NCBI RefSeq assembly: GCF_036588685.1
Contig: NC_086376.1
Location: forward strand, 83,329,014 to 83,393,013
Source of the DNA: Mytilus trossulus
Taxonomy: Eukaryota
Length of the DNA stretch: 64,000 bases
Direction of reading: 5' to 3'
The number at the start of each line of letters is the position of its first letter. Positions within the stretch are counted from its first letter, which is position 1. The translations under genes were made by a program, and so were the position numbers. A model generated the notes under the pieces. The model was not told the origin of the DNA and did no database searches. It saw nothing but the letters and a program-made list of their open reading frames with translations. Of this stretch, positions 49,674 to 60,949 are shown in pieces.

Positions 49674-50220
49674 CTCTGGGTACCTATTAAATAATAATTG
49701 AGGCAATGATTAAAATTATTTTTTCTCCATCAGTTTCAGCAAAGATAAGTGATAGAACACAATAAAACATTACATCGTAAAGTAGCTGTATGTTCACTCT
49801 GATACACCAGGAACAAAACAGGGAAAAATCTATTGGGAAAATCATTTTCAAGATATATATTTTTGATAAAATTTCATTTTATTTTTTGTTAAAATATGCA
49901 GTTTTACAAAGATATTAGCTTCATAAAAAGAATTTTTAAACCTCAATTTTTCTAGAGTCATGGATTTAAACTCTTTGGACAAACATTTAATCAACACACA
50001 TAGTTTACAAATTCACATTGTTATTTTCAGCAATATAAACAAGTCAGTAGTGGATTTTATGACTATCTGTAAAATTTTAACCTTTTATTTTACATGCCCT
50101 TAATGATCATGCACAAAATTTAAATAGTTCCTAGAAACTACGACTTGACACGGGCATATTATACAGATTATTTTATTAACTTTTAGATGCACAGACTAAG
50201 TCATTTTTTAAGTGTACTTA

Positions 50221-50355
50221 CTTTTTACCGATAAGAGCCATGACATGGTATACTGGCTCTGTGATATGTAGTTTTCTGATCAGCTGTTTCAGTGAAAAAG
50301 ATGTCTTCTCAATCTCTTCTTTCGATTCTTTATCATCATATATAACATCTGATAT
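50221..50355 (-). CDS. TEP1: TEP1-like exon 7, TROVE (ISDVIYDDKESKEEIEKTSFSLKQLIRKLHITEPVYHVMALIGKK).
   Basis: Matches Ro60 '...LLRLSHLKP...' region. cttag acceptor, AAG|gtaagt donor. Confidence 0.8.
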
Positions 50356-51085
50356 CTAAGAATTAAAAACAAATAAATAATGTATGTTAGTTAGACATCT
50401 ACCCATCAACACATACACAAAATGACTGCTAGATGTGAACATATGAACAATACAATATTACAAGCACTTAATTCTTCGGAGACTAAACAAATTGTGAACA
50501 AATTAACCTGAGACTAATCAATGGTCTACCATAACATAAAATTCCCACAATGGGGAGCAACTTTTAGATAACGGATGACGTTCGTTTCATAAGATTCTGA
50601 AAAAATCTACTATCTTGGTAAAAAAATTGAATAAGAAATAGATAATAATAGTACATTTCTTGGAATAATACAAAATTTTGTTATCTTTAATTTTTGTTGG
50701 AATGTAGTGCCACTGTCTGCACAGTTCAGTTTATTGAAAAATTCTTTTATGGCCTTCACAGGAATAAAGATTTAGATTTTGTAGTATCTATACAAATAAA
50801 AGAAAGAACTTGATCCTGTGTGATGTTACATGTATTAGGTTTAAATGGAAATGCATGATTTTTTTTAATTTATATCTTGAAAATATTTAACCCTTCTATT
50901 TACATGTTTGTCCTGAATAATAATGTTTAATTAAAAACCCAATAAAAAATTAGGTTGCAATAAATATACATGTTATTGATTTGTAAACAACTCACTATTT
51001 AAATGAGAAAAAATGGTTGCATCCTAGCATGTATTTTTTTTTAAATTTTAAAAAGTTGGTAGACATACAATATTTATGAAATTAC

Positions 51086-51339
51086 CTGTCTTTTCATCTT
51101 GGATTCTTCTTCCTCATCTGAAGAATCTGAAGAATCTGATGAAATGTCATCTGGCTGTGGGGGTACAAAACTGCCAAATCTAGCTCCCCTACCTCCTCTA
51201 GTAAAACCTCCTCTACCACGACCTCTACCTCCTCTGCCACCTCTACCGCCTCTCACAGCTGATCCATCATCTTCTTTCTCCTTATTTTTTCGTTCTTTCT
51301 TCTTTTTCTTCTTCCTAGAACTTTCTTTATTATACTTAG
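51086..51339 (-). CDS. TEP1: TEP1-like exon 6. A Lys-rich stretch is followed by an RGG box (RGGRGGRGGRGRGRGGFTRGGRGARFG) and an acidic Ser-rich stretch (DSSDSSDEEEE), all inserted within the TROVE region.
   Basis: tttcag acceptor, CAG|gtaatt donor. Phase links exon 5 (AKY...) to exon 7. Confidence 0.7.
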
Positions 51340-52090
51340 CTGAAAGTTGAATTCAGAAATAAATCTTTCTTGAAATACTCTATGCTCATTTTTAGAAGTT
51401 TAGGCATTACATGAATATTTGTCAAAATCCTTATATTGAGCATCGTGAAATTTAAACATGATTAATAGAACTTTATAAACTTAATGTATTTCAACAGGAT
51501 AACTAGACAGAAGCGGCCCCCTCTTTCCCCCACATTCCAAAGCACATAAATACAGAGAATTTGAAGAAATACAACAGAGCACTAATGTTACTAAGTGCTC
51601 TGTTGTATTTATTACTCTGTTTATTAATTAGTAATAATGGAGTTAATAGCACATATTTCATTGCTAGTACATTTTTGTACCAGTAGAAGTACCATTGAAA
51701 TATTCACAGCAATAGAAGTTTCTCTTCTCTTCATTCTTCTTTGTACTTAAGTTTAATACTTGGATGCCTTTAGCTCTAGAATAGACACTATCCAGCATTA
51801 ATATGAATGCCCTCTGTCTAACTATAAATAGCAATTTTCTCTAACAAAATATAGATTATCTCCTTTTTTTACCCAATTTTCAACCATCTGAAATAGACAG
51901 TTTATTCAAACAGTTTTAAATGTTCTAAACAGTCTAGCATACATGTACATGTGACATTTTAACTGTCAAACAAGATATAAGGCAGTCACTGAAATGGCCG
52001 TCTATTGCCATCAGAGTTCAAAAATTAATGTTCTGAAAATGTAACAGAAATTATGCAATATACATTCTAAAACCAAAATGCTTTTCTTAC

Positions 52091-52187
52091 CAAGCTGGTA
52101 TTCATCAAAGTCAGGAAATTTAGTCATCATAACTCTTCTTAGCGCTGAGGGTAATGCCCCTTGTGTCAAATGTCTGTCATGGAAAGC
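52091..52187 (-). CDS. TEP1: TEP1-like exon 5, TROVE (AFHDRHLTQGALPSALRRVMMTKFPDFDEYQL).
   Basis: Open frame, tag|G acceptor, TTG|gtaag donor, phase consistent. Confidence 0.8.
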
Positions 52188-53295
52188 CTAAAGAAATAAA
52201 ACACAAGACATGTATGTTAAACCCTGTGCACTATGAAACTGAAATATGATAAAACAGTTTCTCCAATTCTTACTCATTTTATCTCTTTTATTTTTTATTT
52301 AATCAACATATATGGCTTGTTTGTAATTGATCTCAATTCTTCATTGTTCTTAATTTGGATATATATGATTTAGGACATCAAATTATCAGCGAAACCCTCT
52401 TTTTAAATTTAAAAATTTAACTGTCTCAAGTTGATAAATATTGAATCACACTCGATGCAGTGGTAAAATCTATATTTATACACAGTTTATATAAATGTAC
52501 ATTTGAATTAAAACATCAGTGTACATGTTTTACTATCAATTTAATATCACAACAATATATGATATAATTTCCAAAATACAGATTAAATTGAAGTTTTGTA
52601 AATTCTTTATGGTTACGATCTACTAAATATTAGTTCAAGTTTATAAAAAAAACTTTCATGCATAGATAATTTCTGGCATTAACTCAGGCTTTGGAATCAA
52701 CATATCAAAGTTTTTGATTTGGTGTTTCAAGCATAAATTTTGTACTCCAAGTACTGAGTAAAGTTTTATGACTCCAGCCACAGGTCTCTTCTGGAGAGTT
52801 GTCTCGTTGGCAATTATATCACAATTTCTTGTTTTTGTACATCTTTTCTTTAATGGATTTCATTTATTTTTAAAAACCTTTCTTCTAACTCCATTGAACT
52901 CTTTAAATTTAGAATTTAGTGGCAAATTCAGGTGGAACTTAGAATTGGTTAAATGGATTTTTTGGTTTAACATTCTCAAAATTTCAATCCTGACAATAAC
53001 CCTACAATTTCAAACAATAGATCAGCCACTGTTTTCTTATGCAAGAGCATGTTTTGGTCAATCTTTAAGAGCAAACTGACAACAATTATCAATTAATTCT
53101 GTACTTAAAACATGTTCGAGTAGAACAATCAATAGCATCGACATACTTATTATTTAGATCAAATGCAACTGACAAAATAACAAAATTAAGCACCATGAAA
53201 ATAATTGAGTCCCTTGAGTTAATATTGCATCACAATACTGACATATCTGTGGTATTACCAAATTATCTCCCTTTGGTAACCATACCAGAACTAAC

Positions 53296-53457
53296 CTGAT
53301 ATATTTCAGCTACTTCTATCCAGTCTGATGGTAAACTTATAGAGGCACAGTAGTATTTCTTTAAGAATGGTCTGCACAAATCAATATTAGCTGCCATGGC
53401 TAACAGAAAGTTTGCTGTTGTTCTTATGTTTAGTTGTTTTCTGGTATATAGTGCAAC
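53296..53457 (-). CDS. TEP1: TEP1-like exon 4, TROVE (VALYTRKQLNIRTTANFLLAMAANIDLCRPFLKKYYCASISLPSDWIEVAEIYQ).
   Basis: Strong similarity to Ro60 'LAVYARKELNIRSTANF...'. Canonical splice sites. Confidence 0.85.
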
Positions 53458-53665
53458 CTATAAATAAAAAATTATCAACTTAAGCAATAGTGCAGGCTAA
53501 AAAAGATTTTTTTTATGAAATCATTCCATCCAAATACTCTTTCAAGATTAACATATTTGTATCCTCATAATCATGATAAACCATCATTAAAATTCACGTT
53601 TTTTACAGCAATATCCCCCATTGAGACTCTGTGGGAGATAAAGAATGTATCAAACATGTACCTAC

Positions 53666-53800
53666 CTTCAATACAAACTCTGGATCATAAACAACCAACT
53701 TCTTTGCCATGTTGGATAGTGCTATTCTAGTATTGTCTTCTGAATTTCTAAAATTAGGTTGGCAAATAAGTGATCCACTTACAGCATTGATGAAACCAAG
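53666..53800 (-). CDS. TEP1: TEP1-like exon 3, start of the TROVE module (...MAKKLVVYDPEFVLK).
   Basis: Ro60/TROVE-like sequence, phase 0 to 0, with an aag acceptor and an AAG|gtaggt donor. Confidence 0.75.
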
Positions 53801-54195
53801 CTTAAATAATAAAATAATAAATACATGTTATTCAATGATTTTTTCCATCACGTAGAAAGCAAAATTATAATAGAATTACTTAAACATTTCCTGTCAATAT
53901 GTGTTTATAAACCAATTTGTTGAATATGTTCATTTTTCAGGCAACTGACTGTAAATAAATGAATTTAAAATCTTTAATGAAACATACAACTCAAAGTGAT
54001 TGAGCTACAATGTACAACTTTAACATTGTCAATTTGACAGGTAGTTCAGTATCTACCAACTTAACCTGACATTTATAAAATCCCTAAATATTTAAGAAGT
54101 CAGTGGATTATAATGTCAATGATCCTTATGATTATGTATGACAAATTCAAAAAAAGGCCTGATTTTGGCACTAGATACCGAGAAGAAATTAATAC

Positions 54196-54941
54196 CTTTA
54201 TGCCATTCACATCATGTAATGGTTTAGAAATAGGTTTCAAACTTGGATCCTGTGCTGGTGATACGAAGTCCGGGATATCTATTCCTTTATCTTTAATGTC
54301 TATTTCTAATTTATACTGTGGTGGTTTGACTTCATATCTTGTTATGGTAGTTACTTTCCCATCACTGTTCACCATCTTCTTTTTTGATTTGACTGCAGAG
54401 CGATCATTACTCTTTCTTTTTGTTGTCTCCTTTTTATCTGAGCTCAATTGCCTTGATAATGAACTTTGAGTTGAGTAACTGCTTGAACTAAAGGATGTGA
54501 CTGGTTCTATTTTTATTGTGACGAGGGGTGAAGTTGACTTCAGTAAATTAGATTGTAAATTTTCCTTAAACATGGAAGACGTTTTGTCAGTTCTAGTATC
54601 ATTACTTCTTAATGAGCTAAGTTTTGATTGGTCAGGCTTTGTCAGAAGACTGCTTGTTAAATTGGAGGATGGGCCAAGTCTACTACTTAAACCTGATGAC
54701 AGACCAAGCCTACTAGACAAATTGGATGATGTGGTCAAACTGCTGGTCAAATTTGATGTCAATCCTGGTCTTCCTGACAATGAAAAACTTGACTTTGTTG
54801 GTCCAAGTAATGTATTGTGTAACGCTGAAGATGTAGTATTTCCGCCAATGTTTGAAGAAGTTTGGTCAAGCCTACTTCTTCCAGATGTTGTCACAGAAGA
54901 TGGCTTCTCTGTTTTTACCAATCCTGCGGTTAGGCCTAAAC
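54196..54941 (-). CDS. TEP1: TEP1-like exon 2, a 746-nt Ser/Thr/Leu-rich exon with short degenerate repeats (e.g. SSRLGLSSGLSSRLGPSSNLTSSL). It may correspond to the TEP1 N-terminal repeat region.
   Basis: The reading frame is open across the exon. It has a ttttttttag acceptor and an AAG|gtatta donor. Phase is consistent with exons 1 and 3. Confidence 0.65.
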
Positions 54942-55606
54942 CTAAAAAAAAACAGTTGTATTACATTTTTCATTCTTTATGAAATGGTAGTGTTTTTTTA
55001 GATTCCCACATAAAAGTTTGTTATGTAAATTATTCATTCTTTGTGTACATATTCATGACCTGAACACATAAAATTATCTAATTTTTCAAAAAGTGCAACA
55101 ATCAAGATCTGGCAAGTGTTAATATGTTGTTCTATCAGGTACAGAAATTTCCTAATTTTTTTTTATGTTTGTAAATTTGAGTGTCAAAACTTACAATTTT
55201 TTGTACATATACCATTAAACAGTAAGCATGTGGCACGTGGAGTTCTTTTATACAAGACCAGTTCTCTGTCCTAATACATGATTATGTAAGTAACTTCAAA
55301 TATAATGGAATAATTATACATAATTTGGAGATATTGGCAGATCTTCCAAATTCTCAGTTTAACATGCACACAACTTGTCTAGAATCATAGCATTTCATTG
55401 CTCAATTTAGAGCTTACTTTAAGAAACAATGTATAGACACCCAACTATGGTTGAAGACAGTGTGTTGACATGTATGTGTCTTATTGAGTTTTTGTGTTGT
55501 TAGGTATATGTATTATTGACTTTTATCTCACATCTCCTTTTATTCATCAAAACCTTCTTAGGTTGATTCATGCTGTTAAAACTTTTATTGTAAAACTAAA
55601 ACATAC

Positions 55607-55721
55607 CAGTTTGTGATGTCAATTCTGTCTTCAGTGACCATTTTGACATCAATGATGAACTAGTTGATAACATCGACTTGTTGTCTCCCATTAGGAGTTT
55701 GTTTCTGTCAGTTGACGACAT
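55607..55721 (-). CDS. TEP1: TEP1-like coding exon 1 (MSSTDRNKLLMGDNKSMLSTSSSLMSKWSLKTELTSQT). The exon itself runs to about 55730 and includes 9 nt of 5'UTR.
   Basis: The ATG is preceded by a tttcag acceptor. The donor is CTG|gtatg. The phase (1-nt carry) matches the next exon. Confidence 0.6.
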
Positions 55722-56944
55722 TTTCTATTTCTGAAACAGAAAATTTACAAATAATATTCTATGAATATAGATTATAGTCATTATTTACAATACTTATTAT
55801 GTATGATCAACTAAGTAATTAATATATCATAAGCCTTTTCTATTTGTTGTTGATAAGTTTGTGCTAATAAAATATATTTGTATTAATATTTGTTCTGTTT
55901 TTAAATATAACTGTTACCAAAGAAACAGCGCTGTATTCCCTGCTCTACAGCCATTTAGATGTTGTATCATAAATAAATAAATGAAGAATGCATCCATGCA
56001 TATATATATATATGGGACACAGATTAATTTTCCCTGATGAATAACGACGAATCACAGTAAAATTTTAACCAATATATATAACCTTAGAATAATGTTAACA
56101 GAAATTGACTGATTTTAAATGCATATAGGCATACGGTGCAGTCCTGTGTATCTGCACACTCAGACTTATGACTTCACTTTTTTCAACTGATAAAACAAAT
56201 AAATGGATGATATTGTGTTAACACATTCATAACATACTTTTATTTTATAAAATATTCTGTTGGTATGGTTTCAACCTCAAGATTTTGTGAAATATGTGTC
56301 CAAAATTAGGGAAACCCCTGTTCTGGGAATTCCTCCAGTGATTTCATGCATGCCTTCCAACAAAATTATTTCAATCTGATATAATTTTGACTTATAAAAA
56401 AACACATTTTATCTCAAGATGTATTTTTTTTAAAGGAAATTGGCCTTGTTAATCATGTGATTGCAGTATTATTTAACTCTTGAACTTATCAATTCTATTC
56501 TTTTTAATCCCTTTCGGAAGGCTAAAACAATAACAAGAACAATTTCATTTTTGCTAATTGACTATATGACTAAATCAGCTAATGTGCGGTATCAACAGCC
56601 GTGCAGACACCAGGGACTCCACTGTACATATACCTATCCTCCTGGTCTAGTATAATAAATTTGAGGGAAACTTGTTATCTTATGAAGTTATGTGCTTATT
56701 GACATTTATCCATAACTTATTTCTTGTATAAATATGTTCTTTTAAATTGAAAAGGGTGATGCTACTATACTTCTTCAAGTCTAACTCAACACTTTTCAAT
56801 AGTCAACAAACAAGAAAAGATACTCACCCACTACAACATCAACTGTAAATATATAGCTAAATCAGTATTAAATGTGCTTCAGTAGTACAATTTTAAACTA
56901 AAACATCAAAACAGCTACTCCTATAAAGAGCATATCATATTTAC

Positions 56945-57110
56945 CTGGTTAGAAGAATCAGGAAAATCGGTATTTCACAACGATTTCACCATCATTGCTT
57001 GTGCTGACAGGACATTTTCCTAAACCAAAAGTCGTAGTGCAAACAAAACATTCGGGTCACTCCGGACCTGGCATTTGTTGGATGAAACAAGCCGAGAAGC
57101 TCCGAGTGAA
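56945..57110 (-). other. Putative non-coding first exon (5'UTR) of the TEP1-like gene. The donor sits at about 56945 and the TSS is not defined.
   Basis: On the minus strand there is a CCAG|gtaaat donor. A locally GC-richer segment lies upstream. The next exon starts with a tttcag acceptor 9 nt before the ATG. Confidence 0.25.
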
Positions 57111-57309
57111 GAAAACAAAATCATTATTTATATTTTGATACTCAAATATGTCATGGTTTAAGAATAAAATCGTATACTTTGTAACAACTTTATGATTTAA
57201 AAAAAAATGTTAAATACTAAAAATGGAAAAGAACGATCAATTTATCGTTGTTGTCAAATAATTTCGTGGATTACGGGTTCGCTGTTAATGTTCTAGACTG
57301 TCCTTTTAA

Positions 57310-57320
57310 TTTCCCGCCAT
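57310..57320 (+). promoter_or_regulatory. E2F-like motif TTTCCCGCC about 60 bp upstream of the MCMBP ATG, within the TEP1/MCMBP head-to-head intergenic region.
   Basis: Matches the E2F consensus TTTSSCGC. MCMBP is a replication-associated gene. Confidence 0.35.
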
Positions 57321-57378
57321 TTCCCATCACATTGTTCCTTTTCTTCAGTATTTTGTTGATTGCTAGTACTATAGAAAA

Positions 57379-57439
57379 ATGCCTGGTATTGGTGATGATT
57401 GGATTAATAACCCATTGGCCATAATTCAAAACATTATTG
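57379..57439 (+). CDS. MCMBP: MCMBP (MCM-binding protein) exon 1 CDS (MPGIGDDWINNPLAIIQNII).
   Basis: Aligns to the human MCMBP N-terminus MPCGEDWLSHPLGIVQGFF. The donor is TTG|gtaaatcg. Confidence 0.8.
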
Positions 57440-57699
57440 GTAAATCGCTGATATTAACAAACATATTTTTTTTTTTGCATATTTGCATAACTGGACACAT
57501 TGGGGCTCACTTTAAAGCTTCTTTTGTTGAAAATTTTGTAATGATGTGCCAGTTGTCTAGTATGTGTTCCATATGTAAACACTATCTTCACGCTGGAATG
57601 CCCTTACCGTCGAGCGTCAAACTTATTTTCAGCTACTGTTACTGTCAAATTGGTTAGGGTAGTAATGCCCAGTCATTTTCGGCTACCGTTAGCGTCAAA

Positions 57700-58200
57700 T
57701 TGAATAAAATTTTACTGTGATTTGCAGTGGTAAATCCAGGGGTTGGAACCCCTCCTTTTTTTTTTGGACGATAAACGCATATGAATGGGGACATATAGTT
57801 GGATCTGCCCCTTGTTTGTCAGAGGTCTCAAATAATAACCGTCTTCAAGCTTAACATGTGATTCGTCAAAATCATTCAAATGTTTAATCGCCCAAAAGAA
57901 AGTGCACATTTTATCATCATGCATCTAAAATTACCGTTAAAGTCATTTGGCAAGAAATTTTACTGTGATTCATTATGAAAGTACCCCCATTACTACCCTC
58001 ATAAATGTTATGTAATTTGTCGAAATATCCTCATTGTTATAAGTCGGAGGTCTCAAATAATTATCGTTACTCTTATTTTTTTAGAAATTTGTATGTAATT
58101 CGTCAAAATCAGTCATTTTTTTTAATGTTTATAAGAGAAAAGAGTGTTCATTTTACCATTATGCATAAAATTACTGGTAACATCATTGGCAAGAAAACAA
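57700..58200. repeat. Tandem duplication of about 270 bp in MCMBP intron 1.
   Basis: Two similar blocks (...ttactgtgattt...ggtctcaaataat(a)a(c)cgt...gtaattcgtcaaaatca...). Confidence 0.4.
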
Positions 58201-60949
58201 ATATTAATTTAAAATTTGTTCTGCAAATACATAGAAGTCAAACAGACAATAATAAAGAATTTGTAATGCTCGGAAACAAAGGAACAGCATAGATCAATGC
58301 TCTTATCCTAACATGGATATCTCTACTGTATAACATTTGCTTTGTCAATACTACAAGCTTGGTCTTGTTGTTCAGCATGATGACTGGGTGTATTTGTGTC
58401 TGCCTAACACTATTTAGATGTGTCAATAAGACATTTCTCTATCCAGGTCACAACTACAAGTTAACAATAATTGGCAAAAGTTTGGCCTTTGACACAGAGC
58501 TTGGGTTTAAACTTACAGGTAAAAATAAGGCCTTCAACACAGAGAACATACATATGTCATAGAAAATATTTGGGATGTAGACTTCTTGACAATGCTTGAT
58601 GTTAGTACAATTGTAGTAAAAGAAAACAATTGAGTTGGGTTGTTGGACCATACAGACATGTGACAGAGTTGTCAAGTCACAACTGGAGATTTGGAAATTT
58701 TCAGCTGGAGTTTGGGCCTCATAACTGGAGATTTTTTATCGACATTTTAATCGACGTACGCAATGGTTTTTTGGTGTTTAAACTGCATATTTTCCTTTTT
58801 TGTTAATGATTTTATAACTCCATAGCCATTTTTACTTGATAGAAGTAGAAGATCAGGGGTTTTTAAATATTTATTTATTATACATAAAGTTCAAGATAAA
58901 GTGATCAGCCTTCATATATAGGTGGTAAAAAGTATCTCTGCTTAAGCATCATTGTTAATTTTGGTACCACTAACTGAACTGTGGTGTAGAATTGATAGAG
59001 TTGTGAGCTTTCTGGTGGGTTTGTTGTCTCCATATGTTAGGTCAAGTCATTAGAGTCACCATAGTCAGCTTTGCAACAAGTGTAGTAGACATACATATCA
59101 TGTCTCAGTTCATTAAGATATTTGTCGTGTAGGTTAAGTAATACAACTGTTTAATGTTTTTAACAGCATCACAAAAATGTTGTTGTTTATACAACTTTAA
59201 TTAATCCATTGTCAGTATTTCACTTTTAATCATCAAGGCATGTGTCTTAAACTTGCTAGTTGATCACCAGGTAATTACCAATACTCTTTTATTGCTGTAT
59301 ATACAGTCTAATCCTTAACACCTTCATAGATAACTCAAGGCTATTTACCTTTTGACATCAAAACAGTTAAAGGAAACTTCCGTTTTTCTCGGACTTTTCC
59401 GATATGAATTTCGAGTTTCTCTGACTTTTTCTCTGTCAGTACCACTTTTGTAAACAAAAATTTCTACTGATTTTTTTTCGAGGTTGACATTTTCAAAAAG
59501 CGGAAGATTTCAAATTTAAACGGGAGGGACGGAAGAGGGTCTTAAAAGCGGGAAATTTTGACTCCCGCCGGAAGAATCACATGTATGACCATAAAAGAAT
59601 ATCACATCTTCCCTTTCATTTATTGACAAAATTCCTGAAATATATTTACAGAGCTCCAGATAAGAATTCATTAATTGGGGTTTTTACCCACCATTTTCTT
59701 ATATAATTGGGTGATAAAGTTTTTTAATTGAATTATCAATTCCAATTCACCCCTCAGGTTAATATCAAATCGGGTTTTTCACCACCAAGCTCCTTAATGT
59801 ATTGGGTTTTTTCATTGACACAATATTGAATATTTAGGCAATATCAACCCCAATTTTTTCCATCTTAAATTAATATGTTTCTGTCTTTGTTTAGCTCTTT
59901 TATTTGGTTTAGGGTTATGGTTAGGGTTATTTGCTAGCTGTTTTATTTGGTTTATTCACTGAGGAGCAATTGTAGGTTTAATTTGTGTCCGGTTTCAAAC
60001 CTTTTGCCAGTTTTGTATTTTCTCACAAAAAAGGATATGTGTATTCACAGGCACTCGTCTTATACCTTTATATAATAAATTCTGAGACCAGTGCCTGATC
60101 AGTGGCTGTGTGCATGGTGTGTGTATTCATTAATTAACCGTAAAATGAATAAAAAATAGTTACTGTATATAAACTCTAATTATACTTGAATGATTTTCTT
60201 TTATTCAATTTACATAAATCTGGGTTTAGTTGTCTTTTATTAGAACTTTTGATTTCTGATGCTTTATCATTTCTTAATTGATTAAGCCTTTCACTTTTTC
60301 CAACTGAATTCGTTTTTGATGAAACACCGTGTTTATTAGCAATGTTTTCGCCCGTGCGTTCGATGGACGCTTCCTAAAGACACTGGCTGAGTCTTGTCAT
60401 CATTATAACTTTCCCTCAGTTTTCCAAAATAAGCCGAAAACATGCTTCTATTCAATATTTTAACTGGACATTCACTTTCGTTTTAATTCGATGTATGTTA
60501 TGAAAAATCCCGAGCAATGCAAAAAAAATATGACTCCATGACACACGCTAATAGGATAAACACCGAGAAGATCGAAATATTTACAAAAACACGTGTACCT
60601 ATTGAGCAACAGAAAACTCAAACAGGGACTCATTTCAGCTACTTGATGCAGGGATCTATTTTTAGAACGACAGGAAATTTCCAATTATAAATATTATAAA
60701 AATAGTTTACGCGACGACTGTAAACAGATAAGGGTAAATAACACAAACGGTAGCCAATAAAAGGGTTGAGAACTCATGGTTTTGGCATATAATTGGGTTT
60801 TCCGTTAAATTAATTGGGTTGTTGAACCCTTCAATGGACAATTGCATTGGGTTTTCTATTATTTGTATTGCGTGATCACGCAAATACGCAGCTTATCTGG
60901 AGCTCTGTATTTATATATTTTATTTACTTCTACAATCAGTGTTCCAGCT

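Noticed and set aside
54113-54982. Plus-strand ORFs 54113..54469 (118 aa) and 54497..54982 (161 aa).
   Set aside because: They are antisense to the low-complexity Ser-rich TEP1 exon 2. Such mirror ORFs are expected on the opposite strand of codon-biased, repetitive coding sequence. They have no splice context and no recognisable domain.
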